Of a stretch of DNA of 25,948 nucleotides, positions 17,196 to 25,948 are shown one piece after another (position 1 is the stretch's first letter; every line of letters begins with the position of its first letter). The translations under genes were made by a program, and so were the position numbers. The notes under the pieces were generated by a model. It did not search any database. It saw nothing but the letters and a program-made list of their open reading frames with translations, and had not been told where the DNA came from. Origin of the DNA: Armatimonadota bacterium (lineage in GTDB: Bacteria; Vulcanimicrobiota; JACPDS01; JBDRKI01); assembly GCA_043814095.1 (NCBI GenBank), contig JBDRKI010000060.1, forward strand, positions 1-25,948. Reading direction: 5' to 3'.

Positions 17196-17223
17196 ATTAT
17201 AAGAATAGCTATAATAAGGTCAA
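17196..17223 (-). promoter_or_regulatory. Putative sigma70 promoter for the TPR/Roadblock unit
   Basis: On the minus strand, TTGACC (17223-17218), 16 nt, TATAAT (17201-17196). It lies directly after the pil terminator and ~130 nt upstream of the ATG at 17067. The region is AT-rich, so chance matches are possible. Confidence 0.55.
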
Positions 17224-17224
17224 T

Positions 17225-17268
17225 AAAAAATATGCCGTATAACTTCCGGGCTATACAGCATATTTTTT
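17225..17268 (-). terminator. Intrinsic terminator after the second secretin gene
   Basis: Minus-strand RNA AUAUGCUGUAUAGC-ccggaa-GUUAUACGGCAUAU followed by a U-run. Both stem irregularities are G-U pairs only on the minus strand, which fixes the orientation. Confidence 0.85.
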
Positions 17269-17285
17269 GTCAAAAATTGATTATT

Positions 17286-18758
17286 TTACGATGTTTTTGC
17301 TATTATCCTCGGTGTAACTATAATCACTACTTCATTATCGGCTTTTGTTACCGCTTTGCCCTTAAAAAATGAACCCACAATCGGCAGATCTCCCAGAAGG
17401 GGGATCTTATTCACGGTATTTGTATAAGCTTTCCTGCGCAGTCCGCCTATTATAATGGGTTCCCCGTCCTTAACTCTAACGGTAATGTCGGCGGAACGCT
17501 CGTTGGTATAAGGGTATAAATTCGCCACCAGACTTATAAAATCGCTTATCTCGGGCTTTACGTTAACCACAACATAGCCGTCACTTGTAATTGTGGGTGT
17601 TACCTTAACAGTCACACCTACATCCACGGAGTCAACGGAATATTCACCGGTTCTAGAATCATATTTTACATATCTGAACTTACGGCTTGATATAAGATCC
17701 GCTTCCTTGCCGCTCAAGGTGGTAACGGTAGGATTGGCAACAATTTCGGCAATGCCTCTCTGAACCAGAGCGTCCATGGCATAATTCATTGATATAGGCG
17801 ATCTTACAAACGGGAAAAACTGACCAAATCTCAATTCTATGTTTGTCGGAGGCGCCTGATATCCCGGGGTCGCGCTCCATTGATTATTAAACACTTCCTG
17901 GATTGTCGTTGTTATTGACGTGGAGGTTCCGCCGGTAGAAAAATTCGCTCCTATATTTGCTTGCGCGGTTTTACTTAAAACCAAAACCTTTACCTCAAGC
18001 GCAACCTGCTCAAGCGGAATATCAGTCTTATCAAGATATGACTGCAGTGCATCAAAAACCTGTTTTGTGCCCCTGACAACCAAAGAATTGGTTCTCTCGT
18101 CAGCTTGATAGTCCAGCCCGGCCATTAAAATCTGCAGCTGTGATTCTATATCTTTAACCTGGGCATATTTTAAACTTATGACCTTTGTCTGCACATCCGG
18201 AGTAAACACATTTATGGCAGGTACGTCTAATTTCGCGATCAGATCTTTAACTCTTTTAATGGCCCCTACAGATCCATTCGCGACTATGGCGTTAACCCTC
18301 TCGTCCACGCTCAGAGAAATTCCGGGCACGGCTGCACGCAGGGTTTCCACTATCTGGTTGCAGTTGGCCTGTTCCAGCATTATCACCTGGTAAGCATCGG
18401 CACCGCCGCCGGAATAAAGATTAGACGCTATCTGCGGGAGTTCTTTTGGCAGGGCAACCACAATCAGATCATCTACTATTCTGTAATCATAGCCGGCTGT
18501 CTTAAGAATTACTCCCAATGCCACGCTTAACGGGACATTCTTCAAGTGCATATTAACTTTGCCCTGAACAGAGCTTGCAATCACACAATCATACTTACAC
18601 TCTTTAGCTACAAGCTTAATAACATCCACCAGATCAGCGCCGGAGAAATCCAGAAGTTTAATGGTTTTTTCCTGCGCGTAAACTTTAGGCACGGCTATAC
18701 AGATAATCATTAAGAAAAGTACTGCTGTGATTGTTAATTTTAAAAATCTATTCTGCAT
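17286..18758 (-). CDS. Second secretin (short PilQ/GspD-like; N0 plus two N1-type domains plus secretin domain, no AMIN)
   Basis: Signal peptide (…VYA|Q), LDFSGADLVDVIKLVA (N0), two DERxNxxxxxG N-domains, QVALEVKV, ANPTVTTLSGKEA, VKDGEPIIIGGL, KIPLLGDLPIVGSFFK, EVVIIVTPRII. The ATG at 18758 follows AAGGAGGTGA. Confidence 0.92.
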   Translation of the reverse strand: MQNRFLKLTITAVLFLMIICIAVPKVYAQEKTIKLLDFSGADLVDVIKLVAKECKYDCVIASSVQGKVNMHLKNVPLSVALGVILKTAGYDYRIVDDLIVVALPKELPQIASNLYSGGGADAYQVIMLEQANCNQIVETLRAAVPGISLSVDERVNAIVANGSVGAIKRVKDLIAKLDVPAINVFTPDVQTKVISLKYAQVKDIESQLQILMAGLDYQADERTNSLVVRGTKQVFDALQSYLDKTDIPLEQVALEVKVLVLSKTAQANIGANFSTGGTSTSITTTIQEVFNNQWSATPGYQAPPTNIELRFGQFFPFVRSPISMNYAMDALVQRGIAEIVANPTVTTLSGKEADLISSRKFRYVKYDSRTGEYSVDSVDVGVTVKVTPTITSDGYVVVNVKPEISDFISLVANLYPYTNERSADITVRVKDGEPIIIGGLRRKAYTNTVNKIPLLGDLPIVGSFFKGKAVTKADNEVVIIVTPRIIAKTS

Positions 18759-18768
18759 ACTCACCTCC

Positions 18769-21348
18769 TTATTCGGTTTCCGGATTTACTATTTTAGGAG
18801 TTATCATAATTACAAGTTCGTCTTTTGTGCTCAGATCCGAAGTGTTTTTGAAAAATTCTCCAACATAAGGCATATCTCCGAGAAGCGGTATTTTATTCCT
18901 TGTACTTGAAAAACTCTTTCTGTAAAGACCGGCAAGTATTATGGTGTCGCCTTCTTTAACTATGGCGTTTGTATTTAGTTTTCTTGTCGTTGTTTCGGGG
19001 AACGCGCTGCCCAGCTGGGTAGTTGAAATCTCGCTTATCTCGGGCTTTACTTCAGCCATAATGAAGCCGTCGGGGGTTATCTGCGGGGTTACTTCAAGTT
19101 TAATCGCTATATCAATATATTCCGCCTGTGTAGTTCCGGCGCGGGGATCATTGTATGTTATGGGATATTTCTGGCCGACAGTTATAATGGCTTTCTCTCC
19201 GCTTAAAGTTACGACTTTGGGCGATCCCAGTATTTTAGCTTCACCCTTTGTAACAAGATAGTTTAAAGCCATTGTTAATGTTATGGGCGTTCTCGCGAAG
19301 GTCCCGAACGGGAGATCAACATAGGTGGGGGTCTGAATCGGCGGCCAGTTCGCGTTATTTACATCCTGCCATGCCACGCCGTTGTACTGAACCTCATTAA
19401 ATGTCGTTGTAAATATACTGCCGCCGCTGTTCCATGTTACGCCGAGCGATTTTGATCCGCTTTCAGTAAGATCAACTATCTTAACATCCAGCTCAACCTG
19501 TCTTTTGGGCGCATCAACCTCATTAATAAACTTTTCAAGCTTTTCAATATTATCCTTGGTTTCCTTTACTATAAATCCGTTTATTCTTTCATCCGTTACA
19601 ATCCTGATCTGCGGGTACCATTTACCCACCATCTCCTTAATGTCCACGGCTTTTCCGTATTTAACTTTTATTACTTTAGTCACCGTATTGGGATCCTGCG
19701 AAATAGAAGGAAGCTGATCCAGCTGCTCAACCAGGCTCTTAACATATTTAAGTTCATCTCCCGATGCCGAAACAACTAAAGCATTTAATCTTTTATCAAC
19801 CGTAATTTCTAAATCGGGCAGTATGGCGAGTATTGATTTCTGAACATCTTCGGCTTTTGAATAGTTTATGGGAATAACATCAAATGTATCGGTTCCGAAT
19901 CCCTTTTTTATGTTAACGGGTGAGATCCTGGCTAAATTTTTATTGCTTGACACTACTATTATATTATCTATCTTTTTGTATCCTAATCCCGCGGTTTTTA
20001 AAATAACCTGCAAAGCCCTGTCAAGAGTGACTTTTTTAAGAGACACGGTTATTGTTCCCGTTACGGAATTATCCGTAACAATATTTTTACCGGTCTTTTT
20101 TGCCAGCTCCCTTAAAATAAACACTATGTCTTCATTAACATAATTTACATCTAAAGTCGGCTCATTTGCCGCTTTATTTGATTTTGTACTTTTTGATTTC
20201 TTTCCTTCCGGAGCAGTATAGGCAAAATGATTTAAAGTTTCCTGCTTAGGCGATTTATTACTTAACTTCTTTACCGCTTCTTCGGGAACCGGAATTTTTT
20301 CGGTTTTTGGAATCTCTTTTAATATATCAGTTGTTTTATTTACCGCGACTGCATCAGTATAGGAGCTCACGGAAATTTCAGTTTCTACCGGGTTCTCGTC
20401 AAGAATTTCTCTTATGGTAACCGGATTCGCATCCGGGGTTTCAACGGACTTTTCCGTGACTGATGCTGTCTCGGTATTTTTCTCGGTAAATGTTGATGTA
20501 TACGCAACCGAAGATTCTTCCTCCGGTACAGGTATTTCGGGAATTTCAGTATATGTTTCAGTTTCAATTGATTCGGTAACAGTACTTGATACTGTTTTGG
20601 TGGATTCTTCCTCTAATACGGGTATTTCGGGAATTTCAGTATATGTTTCAGACTCCATACCTTCGGTAACAGTGCTTGATACTGTTTTGGTGGATTCTTC
20701 CTGCGGCGCAGACATTTCCACAACTTCAGTATATGTTTCAGTTTCTATCGCTTCATTAATGTTAGAATTATCGGGATTTGCAGCTGCACCCGAATAAGAT
20801 ATTTCAACGCTCTCAGAAACAGCTTCAAATGCGGCAGTATCAGTACCCGGAGTTGAAATCTCTTTTGCTGTAACAGGTGAAGATTCTGCGGTTTGTATAT
20901 TATCTGCCTGCACTGCCATATGATTAGTTTTGTCTTCATAATTAAGACTAAGCATTATAGTGGAATTATCTTTGGCCGTGTTTATATTATAATCTACGTG
21001 CTTTTCCAGGTCTATGACAAGCCTAACAATTTTAGGATTATCAGAAAACTGACCGGTCCTTACTTTTTTTATCATTCCCTTATTTATTTGTGTATTTATC
21101 ATGGTGCTGGCTGTCAGTTCCGCAGAATATATATCTACAATAAGACACGTATAGGGGTCATTCATGGTTATTACTTTATATTCTACCGGCTTGCTGGCAT
21201 ATACCTGCACTTCCAGAAGCTCGCTCATATCGCTTACGGTTATATTCTGTATATAAGCGGTATTCTGATTTTCTCCTGAAAATGCGGGGCTGAATCCGCC
21301 AAGGATTACTCCTATTACAATCATCCCTATTAAAACTCGCAGTTTCAT
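18769..21348 (-). CDS. pilQ: Type IV pilus secretin PilQ (AMIN domain, Thr/Glu-rich repeat linker, N0/N1 domains, secretin domain)
   Basis: AMIN motif LIVDI...IKKVRTGQFSDNPKIVRLVIDL. Secretin motifs QVELDVKIVD, SPKVVTLSGEKA, KIPLLGDMPYVGEFFK, ELVIMITPKIV. Lies directly after pilMNOP. The ATG at 21348 (MKLRVL) with a GGTGAGG RBS is preferred over the TTG at 21369. Confidence 0.9.
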   Translation of the reverse strand: MKLRVLIGMIVIGVILGGFSPAFSGENQNTAYIQNITVSDMSELLEVQVYASKPVEYKVITMNDPYTCLIVDIYSAELTASTMINTQINKGMIKKVRTGQFSDNPKIVRLVIDLEKHVDYNINTAKDNSTIMLSLNYEDKTNHMAVQADNIQTAESSPVTAKEISTPGTDTAAFEAVSESVEISYSGAAANPDNSNINEAIETETYTEVVEMSAPQEESTKTVSSTVTEGMESETYTEIPEIPVLEEESTKTVSSTVTESIETETYTEIPEIPVPEEESSVAYTSTFTEKNTETASVTEKSVETPDANPVTIREILDENPVETEISVSSYTDAVAVNKTTDILKEIPKTEKIPVPEEAVKKLSNKSPKQETLNHFAYTAPEGKKSKSTKSNKAANEPTLDVNYVNEDIVFILRELAKKTGKNIVTDNSVTGTITVSLKKVTLDRALQVILKTAGLGYKKIDNIIVVSSNKNLARISPVNIKKGFGTDTFDVIPINYSKAEDVQKSILAILPDLEITVDKRLNALVVSASGDELKYVKSLVEQLDQLPSISQDPNTVTKVIKVKYGKAVDIKEMVGKWYPQIRIVTDERINGFIVKETKDNIEKLEKFINEVDAPKRQVELDVKIVDLTESGSKSLGVTWNSGGSIFTTTFNEVQYNGVAWQDVNNANWPPIQTPTYVDLPFGTFARTPITLTMALNYLVTKGEAKILGSPKVVTLSGEKAIITVGQKYPITYNDPRAGTTQAEYIDIAIKLEVTPQITPDGFIMAEVKPEISEISTTQLGSAFPETTTRKLNTNAIVKEGDTIILAGLYRKSFSSTRNKIPLLGDMPYVGEFFKNTSDLSTKDELVIMITPKIVNPETE
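20512..20748 (-). repeat. Intragenic tandem repeat, 90-nt unit (30 aa), about 2.6 copies
   Basis: ttcagtatatgtttcag recurs at 20545, 20635 and 20725. The unit is approximately ETETYTEIPEIPVxEEESTKTVSSTVTExx. Confidence 0.92.
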
Positions 21349-21374
21349 ATCCTCACCTACTTTCGTCAAATCTA

Positions 21375-22058
21375 TCAGTTAGTCTGGGTTTGTACCGACT
21401 GTGGTATCTGCTGCAGCTGTTGATCCGTGAGATTTTGATCCACTTTTTCAGTTGAAAGCTGCATGTTATTTCCTCCCGAGGACTCGGGAGCGCCCATCGG
21501 CGTAGGAGGCTGCATCTGCGGGGGCATTAAATTGGACGGCGCCGCTGATTCTACGGGCTCGTCTTTTGCCGAAAAAGTATATTCCTGCAGTTCCAAAGTT
21601 GTTTTTCCTTTATTATTTACCAGAGCAACGGCTTTATCGGTTATCCTGCTTACCGTATACCCGGCACATCTCTCTCCCTCTTTTACTATAAATCCTTCAT
21701 ATCCCGATTTTATAATCGCATATCTGTCGCCATTGGCGAAAAATATACCGGTAAGCATCATGCCTGCGGAAAAACCTTCACCCTGGCTGGCAGATCCGGG
21801 AGTTTTCGCGCCGGGCTTGCCGGTGCTTCCTCCGGCTGCTCCTATCGGTATAAAAGGATCCTCTCTTCCTGTCTCGCCGTAAAGCTTCTGCGGAGCCTGA
21901 GGAACAACCAAAGCGGCTCCATCAGCGGCTTTCTTGGCGCCGGACGGGTTAACCTGCTGTACTGACTGGGCAATAACCCAGCCCGCAGATATTACGCATA
22001 TAAAGGTAAAAGCCGCAACCAAAATTAACGTTAATCTGATCTTAATACTGTTACTCAT
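21375..22058 (-). CDS. PilP-like pilus alignment protein
   Basis: Sits between pilO and pilQ. GREDPF motif, then LTGIFFANGDRYAII...VKEGE...YTVSRITDKAV (PilP/GspC-HR beta fold). No clear lipobox. Pro/Gln-rich tail. Confidence 0.7.
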   Translation of the reverse strand: MSNSIKIRLTLILVAAFTFICVISAGWVIAQSVQQVNPSGAKKAADGAALVVPQAPQKLYGETGREDPFIPIGAAGGSTGKPGAKTPGSASQGEGFSAGMMLTGIFFANGDRYAIIKSGYEGFIVKEGERCAGYTVSRITDKAVALVNNKGKTTLELQEYTFSAKDEPVESAAPSNLMPPQMQPPTPMGAPESSGGNNMQLSTEKVDQNLTDQQLQQIPQSVQTQTN

Positions 22059-22061
22059 CGC

Positions 22062-22724
22062 TTAACCCCCCTGTCTCAGATACGCCTTAATCGGTATCGT
22101 AATATTCAAAATCGGCGAACCGCCTATTTTATCCTGCCCTTCGGGCGATAATCCTATTCTATTTATCTCAACCAGGCGCTTTAATTTTAAATCGCTAAGC
22201 TGTGTTAAAAATTCAATCAGCGTGTTATAGCGGCCCTTCATGGACATCTCAAATGTCCTTGTCGGGAATCCGGCAAAAACCTCTTCGCCCGCGCCGGTCT
22301 CTTCCGCCGGCGGTTCTCCTGGAGCTGCGCCCGGGGCCTGCGTCTGCTCAACACCTACCGCACCTGGCCTTATCTCAACAAGAACAAAGCTGAGGTCTCC
22401 GGTTTTCAATCGTATTTCTTTTGTTAATTCTTCTATCTGGGTTAGATAATTAGGAACAAAATCTTCGGTCTTTTCCGCAACCAATCCCTCTTCCAGGGCT
22501 TTTTTCACCATTGCTTCAAGTTTTTCTTTCTGGGCCACTAAATTAGGCAGATCATTAATTTTTTCTTTAATCTCTGCTAATTTAGTCTGCTTTGTTTTTA
22601 AGTCTTCTTTTAAAGTTCCTATTTCTTTTATCTGTTTTTGATAGGTAGTAAAATAAAAGAGAGTTCCGATAAGCCCTATGATTATTATGGTTAAAATTAT
22701 CTTGGTGGGAGTATTCACATTCAT
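22062..22724 (-). CDS. pilO: Type IV pilus assembly protein PilO
   Basis: N-terminal TM helix, coiled coil, FEMSMKGRYNTLIEFLTQLSDLKLKRLVEINRI. ATGA overlap with pilN. Confidence 0.85.
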   Translation of the reverse strand: MNVNTPTKIILTIIIIGLIGTLFYFTTYQKQIKEIGTLKEDLKTKQTKLAEIKEKINDLPNLVAQKEKLEAMVKKALEEGLVAEKTEDFVPNYLTQIEELTKEIRLKTGDLSFVLVEIRPGAVGVEQTQAPGAAPGEPPAEETGAGEEVFAGFPTRTFEMSMKGRYNTLIEFLTQLSDLKLKRLVEINRIGLSPEGQDKIGGSPILNITIPIKAYLRQGG

Positions 22725-23347
22725 CTTGCACCCCCTTGAATCTGTTTGAGAAGTTCTTCTTTATCAATACCTGCCGCTTTTTCGGGAATGAAATTAACAT
22801 CCAAACTAAAGTTATAACCGTATCCCCCGCCCTTTGTTTCAACCTGTCCCGCAGAACCCATATTAACATTCTGGAATATATCCGAGGACTGCAGATTTCT
22901 TATAAAGTTGGCTATTGAATTAAGGGGCGGTATATCCGGCATAAACACCGAAAGACCGCTTAAGGATACCTTCCTGGAAGAAGGCTCTATATCCATGCGT
23001 GTAAGATAAGAATTTACCGGCATTATTGTGGCTATTTCTTTCAATATATTCCTGTACTTCAAAGGATCCCGTTTTTTCTCTTCAATTATGTAAATCTGCT
23101 GGCGGAGCATGTCTATATCTTTTTTAATGCTGTTTATTTCGGGGAGCCTGCTTTCTATCTGCTTGATTTCTTCATCAACCTGCGCTATTTGATCTTTGGC
23201 AGCGTTAATTTTCTGTTCATACTGCTTTCCTACAACCCAGAAAATACCAAGAGAACAAATAATAATGATGATAAGAATGAAAATCAGAGGATCCAGAGTT
23301 ATCTTCTTCTTTTCTGCAGGTAATAAATCTACGCCTTTTATGGTCAT
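22721..23347 (-). CDS. pilN: Type IV pilus assembly protein PilN
   Basis: VDLLP (variant of the INLLP PilM-binding motif), TM helix, coiled coil, ILKEIATIMPVNSYLT...IANFIRNLQSSDIFQNV. Confidence 0.87.
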   Translation of the reverse strand: MTIKGVDLLPAEKKKITLDPLIFILIIIIICSLGIFWVVGKQYEQKINAAKDQIAQVDEEIKQIESRLPEINSIKKDIDMLRQQIYIIEEKKRDPLKYRNILKEIATIMPVNSYLTRMDIEPSSRKVSLSGLSVFMPDIPPLNSIANFIRNLQSSDIFQNVNMGSAGQVETKGGGYGYNFSLDVNFIPEKAAGIDKEELLKQIQGGAR

Positions 23348-23398
23348 ACCCTTACCTCCACAGATTCGCTCTGCGCGAATAAATTTAAAAAATATTTT

Positions 23399-24502
23399 TT
23401 ATACAAAAGGCTTCATGCCCAGACCTAACGCGACCATGAACTCGGGAGCAATCTCCTGCAATTGTTCGGGAGTAAAGCCTTCAAGCTTATCCGTTGATAT
23501 GTTTGCAAGCGGGGTGGCTTTCTGGACGGGGAACCCCAGTTCTTTGCCGATATAAGCTTCGATATTGGTAAAATTAGATGTGCCGCCCGACAGAACAATT
23601 AAATCCACATTCTCATTTTTGTATCTTGAACGGTAATAATCAAAAGATCTTTGAATCTCAGTAAGCATTTCGTTTAATACCGGTACTATTACATTGAAAA
23701 TTCTCATGGCAGTGGGAGACGTCGCGGAATTATCTTCTTCCAGCTTTATCGCTCCTTTATCTTTTTTTATCTTCTCGGACTCTTCAAAACTTAAATTCAA
23801 CGCCTGACTTATCGCCTTGGTAAAATTATTGCCGGCGATGTTGACCGTGCGGTTATGCCTTAAAATACCTTCTTTGAAAATATTTATAGAACTCGTGCTT
23901 GAACCCATATCAAGCAGGGCTACGGTTTTTTTAAAGATTTCCGGATCCGCGTAATTTTGGAAAACCCTCATTAAAGCAAACGGCTCAAGATCTATGGATG
24001 AAATTTCAAGAGAGCTTAATTTTATGGTTTCCGTGCATTTATTTATTAATTCGCTCGGGGCGGCGACCAGCAGGACTTCCATATTTTTTTCATCGCCCTC
24101 TATGGCTTTTCTCAATACGGTGCCCTGAATTGACGCGTCTTCCACCGAATAAGGAAGATATCTCTCTGCTTCAAATTTTATTGCTTTCTGCAGCTCTTTC
24201 TCCGTCATTACCGACATATTAATGGGCCGCATAACAACTGACGGACCGGATACGGTCGTAACAACCTTATTGGCAGTAAATTTATTTAACTCTATAAGAC
24301 GCTTTATGCTCTCGCTTAAGGATTCAGGATTGATAACGGTCCCGTCCTTTATGCACATGGCCGGCGTAGCGATAGAACCCATTTTGTCTATCTGATAACC
24401 GGAAGCGGTTTTGCTCATCTGCACCATCTTGATGGACTGGGTTCCTATATCTAATCCGCCAACAATATTTTTAGTGGACAGAAATGATTTAAAAATTGAC
24501 AT
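23399..24502 (-). CDS. pilM: Type IV pilus assembly protein PilM (actin-like fold)
   Basis: GLDIGTQSIKMV, IKFEAERYLPY, EVLLVAAP, LLDMGSSTS, EIQRSFDYY, LSGGTS. AAGGAG RBS. Confidence 0.95.
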   Translation of the reverse strand: MSIFKSFLSTKNIVGGLDIGTQSIKMVQMSKTASGYQIDKMGSIATPAMCIKDGTVINPESLSESIKRLIELNKFTANKVVTTVSGPSVVMRPINMSVMTEKELQKAIKFEAERYLPYSVEDASIQGTVLRKAIEGDEKNMEVLLVAAPSELINKCTETIKLSSLEISSIDLEPFALMRVFQNYADPEIFKKTVALLDMGSSTSSINIFKEGILRHNRTVNIAGNNFTKAISQALNLSFEESEKIKKDKGAIKLEEDNSATSPTAMRIFNVIVPVLNEMLTEIQRSFDYYRSRYKNENVDLIVLSGGTSNFTNIEAYIGKELGFPVQKATPLANISTDKLEGFTPEQLQEIAPEFMVALGLGMKPFV

Positions 24503-24603
24503 TTATTGGCAGACTCCTTTCTTAATATATGTTATACCTATTCTTAAATAATTATTTAATATTTATAACTTTATTTTCTATATATTAATATTTAATCCTG
24601 CTA

Positions 24604-25437
24604 TTAATATAAAAATAAGTGATTAATATATATTTTAATAATTATATCTCCAAAGAAAACCGCAGTCAATGCTCCCGCAGCCATAAATGTACCAAAGGGT
24701 ACCTCGTCCCTGCCTTTTTTATTATAAAATATTATCAAAAATATGGCTGCAGCGGCGCCTAAAAAGAAAGAAATAAAAAAAGACAGAAATGCTTTCTGCC
24801 ACCCCAGAAACGCCCCGATCAACATGGCAAACTTAACATCACCCAGCCCCATGGCTTCCTGTTTTAATAACATGCTTCCGAAAAACCTTATCAAAAAGAA
24901 AAAAGCCATTCCCAGAAACGCACCGGCAACAGAATTAAGAAAATTAGAAAGCATAACATTTTTTAATCCCCAGAAAAATATGCCGTGCGAGTTGCTTAAA
25001 ACAAGCTCGGGCATAAAAAGGCTTCCCAGAATACCAACCGCGGTAAAAGGATATGTAACCTCATCTAGTATTATTTTGTGATCCAGATCAATAAAAAATA
25101 CGACTATTAACAGCGCGGTAAACAAAAAATAATAACCGAACAAAAAATAATTTTTAAAATACAGAAACAGTAATACGGCAAGCACGGCCGTTAAAAGTTC
25201 TACGAAAAAATATCTAAAAGAAATCTTAACTCCGCACGAAGAGCATTTTCCGCCCAGCATAATATAGCTTGCAAGCGGTATGTTTTCATAAAACTTCAGT
25301 TTTGTTTTGCACCTACGACAGCTTGACGCGGGAAAGACTATTGACTGTTCTTCCGGAAGCCGGTAAATACAGACATTCAGAAAACTCCCGACTATAGAGC
25401 CGAAAATAAAGACAAAAACAATTTGAATAACTGTCAT
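24604..25437 (-). CDS. pilD: Prepilin peptidase / N-methyltransferase (A24)
   Basis: GSFLNVCIYRLP, two CxxC pairs (CRRC, CSSC), FFIDLDHKII and MGLGDVKF (the two catalytic Asp), VPFGTFMAAG. Confidence 0.96.
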   Translation of the reverse strand: MTVIQIVFVFIFGSIVGSFLNVCIYRLPEEQSIVFPASSCRRCKTKLKFYENIPLASYIMLGGKCSSCGVKISFRYFFVELLTAVLAVLLFLYFKNYFLFGYYFLFTALLIVVFFIDLDHKIILDEVTYPFTAVGILGSLFMPELVLSNSHGIFFWGLKNVMLSNFLNSVAGAFLGMAFFFLIRFFGSMLLKQEAMGLGDVKFAMLIGAFLGWQKAFLSFFISFFLGAAAAIFLIIFYNKKGRDEVPFGTFMAAGALTAVFFGDIIIKIYINHLFLY

Positions 25438-25443
25438 AAATTA

Positions 25444-25854
25444 TTAATCCAGCTTAAACGAGCCGGTTTTGTTCGTATACTGCGGACGGTCCAGGGGAAC
25501 TCCCAGCGCCGTGTGATCACCCTTGCATGTAATCGTATACATGAATGTCGGGAGCTCCGAATTATACTCATATTCCGCGCCATTGCTCGGACATGTAGGC
25601 ATAGTATTTATGTATTTAGGCGTTGAATTAACCAGTATATTCAGATTGCCGTCTGTCGGATAATACCGCATGGAATCATTCGCGGCATAAGTTTCCAGCG
25701 CCGTGGCAATATTTTTCTCATTCATCTGACAGCTGGACAAAAGCGCCCTGAGCTTTACTCTTGTAAACTGGGGAACAAAAATAGACATTAAAATGCCCAG
25801 GATAGTTAAAACAATTAATAATTCCACAAGCGTAAAACCTTTATTTTTTCTCAT
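25444..25854 (-). CDS. Type IV pilin / GspG-like prepilin (candidate major pilin)
   Basis: MRKNKG|FTLVELLIVLTILGILMSIFVP with Gly-1, Phe+1, Glu+5 and Pro22. 136 aa. Strong AAGGAGG RBS. Directly upstream of pilD. Confidence 0.9.
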   Translation of the reverse strand: MRKNKGFTLVELLIVLTILGILMSIFVPQFTRVKLRALLSSCQMNEKNIATALETYAANDSMRYYPTDGNLNILVNSTPKYINTMPTCPSNGAEYEYNSELPTFMYTITCKGDHTALGVPLDRPQYTNKTGSFKLD

Positions 25855-25948
25855 AGACTGCCCTCCTTAAATATAAAATACAATTTTTGTTCTTTTTCAA
25901 TAAAACTATTCTATAATAATATTAAATTATCCTTTTAATAATATATAT

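Noticed and set aside
23364-23380. Small hairpin ATTCGC-tctgc-GCGAAT between pilM and pilN
   Set aside because: It has only a 6-bp stem and no U-tract on the coding strand, too weak to call a terminator.
17680-25626. Many short ORFs overlapping the secretin, pilMNOP, pilD and pilin genes
   Set aside because: They overlap well-supported genes in other frames or on the other strand and show no recognisable motifs.
17286-25854. Type II secretion system call
   Set aside because: PilM/N/O and an AMIN-containing secretin indicate T4aP. No GspE/F/L/M genes are in the window.

Overview
AT-rich bacterial chromosomal segment, almost entirely on the minus strand, from a diderm organism (two secretins, a GmhB-type phosphatase). 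Read in transcription order (right to left), it has four parts. (1) A type IVa pilus (T4aP) assembly block: pilin, pilD, pilM-pilN-pilO, a pilP-like gene and two tandem paralogous secretins, ending in an intrinsic terminator. (2) A second tightly packed unit behind a near-consensus sigma70 promoter: two giant TPR proteins with SgmX-like C-termini, a single-pass acidic protein, a DUF2226/DUF4388(PATAN)-like protein, two Roadblock/LC7 (MglB-like) proteins, an O-antigen-ligase/O-oligosaccharyltransferase-TPR protein and GmhB. (3) An accessory pair, a Fic-wHTH gene and a SEC-C protein, separated by a 3x12-bp tandem repeat. (4) Three minor-pilin-like genes, one of them inverted and separated from the others by a perfect 15-bp inverted repeat. 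No pilB, pilC, pilT or MglA-type GTPase is visible in the window. The best candidate for an undescribed system is the pilus-linked TPR/Roadblock 'polarity/activation plus glycosylation' operon. All family calls come from motif recognition by eye, not from database searches. No rRNA, tRNA, CRISPR array or intact mobile element was seen.
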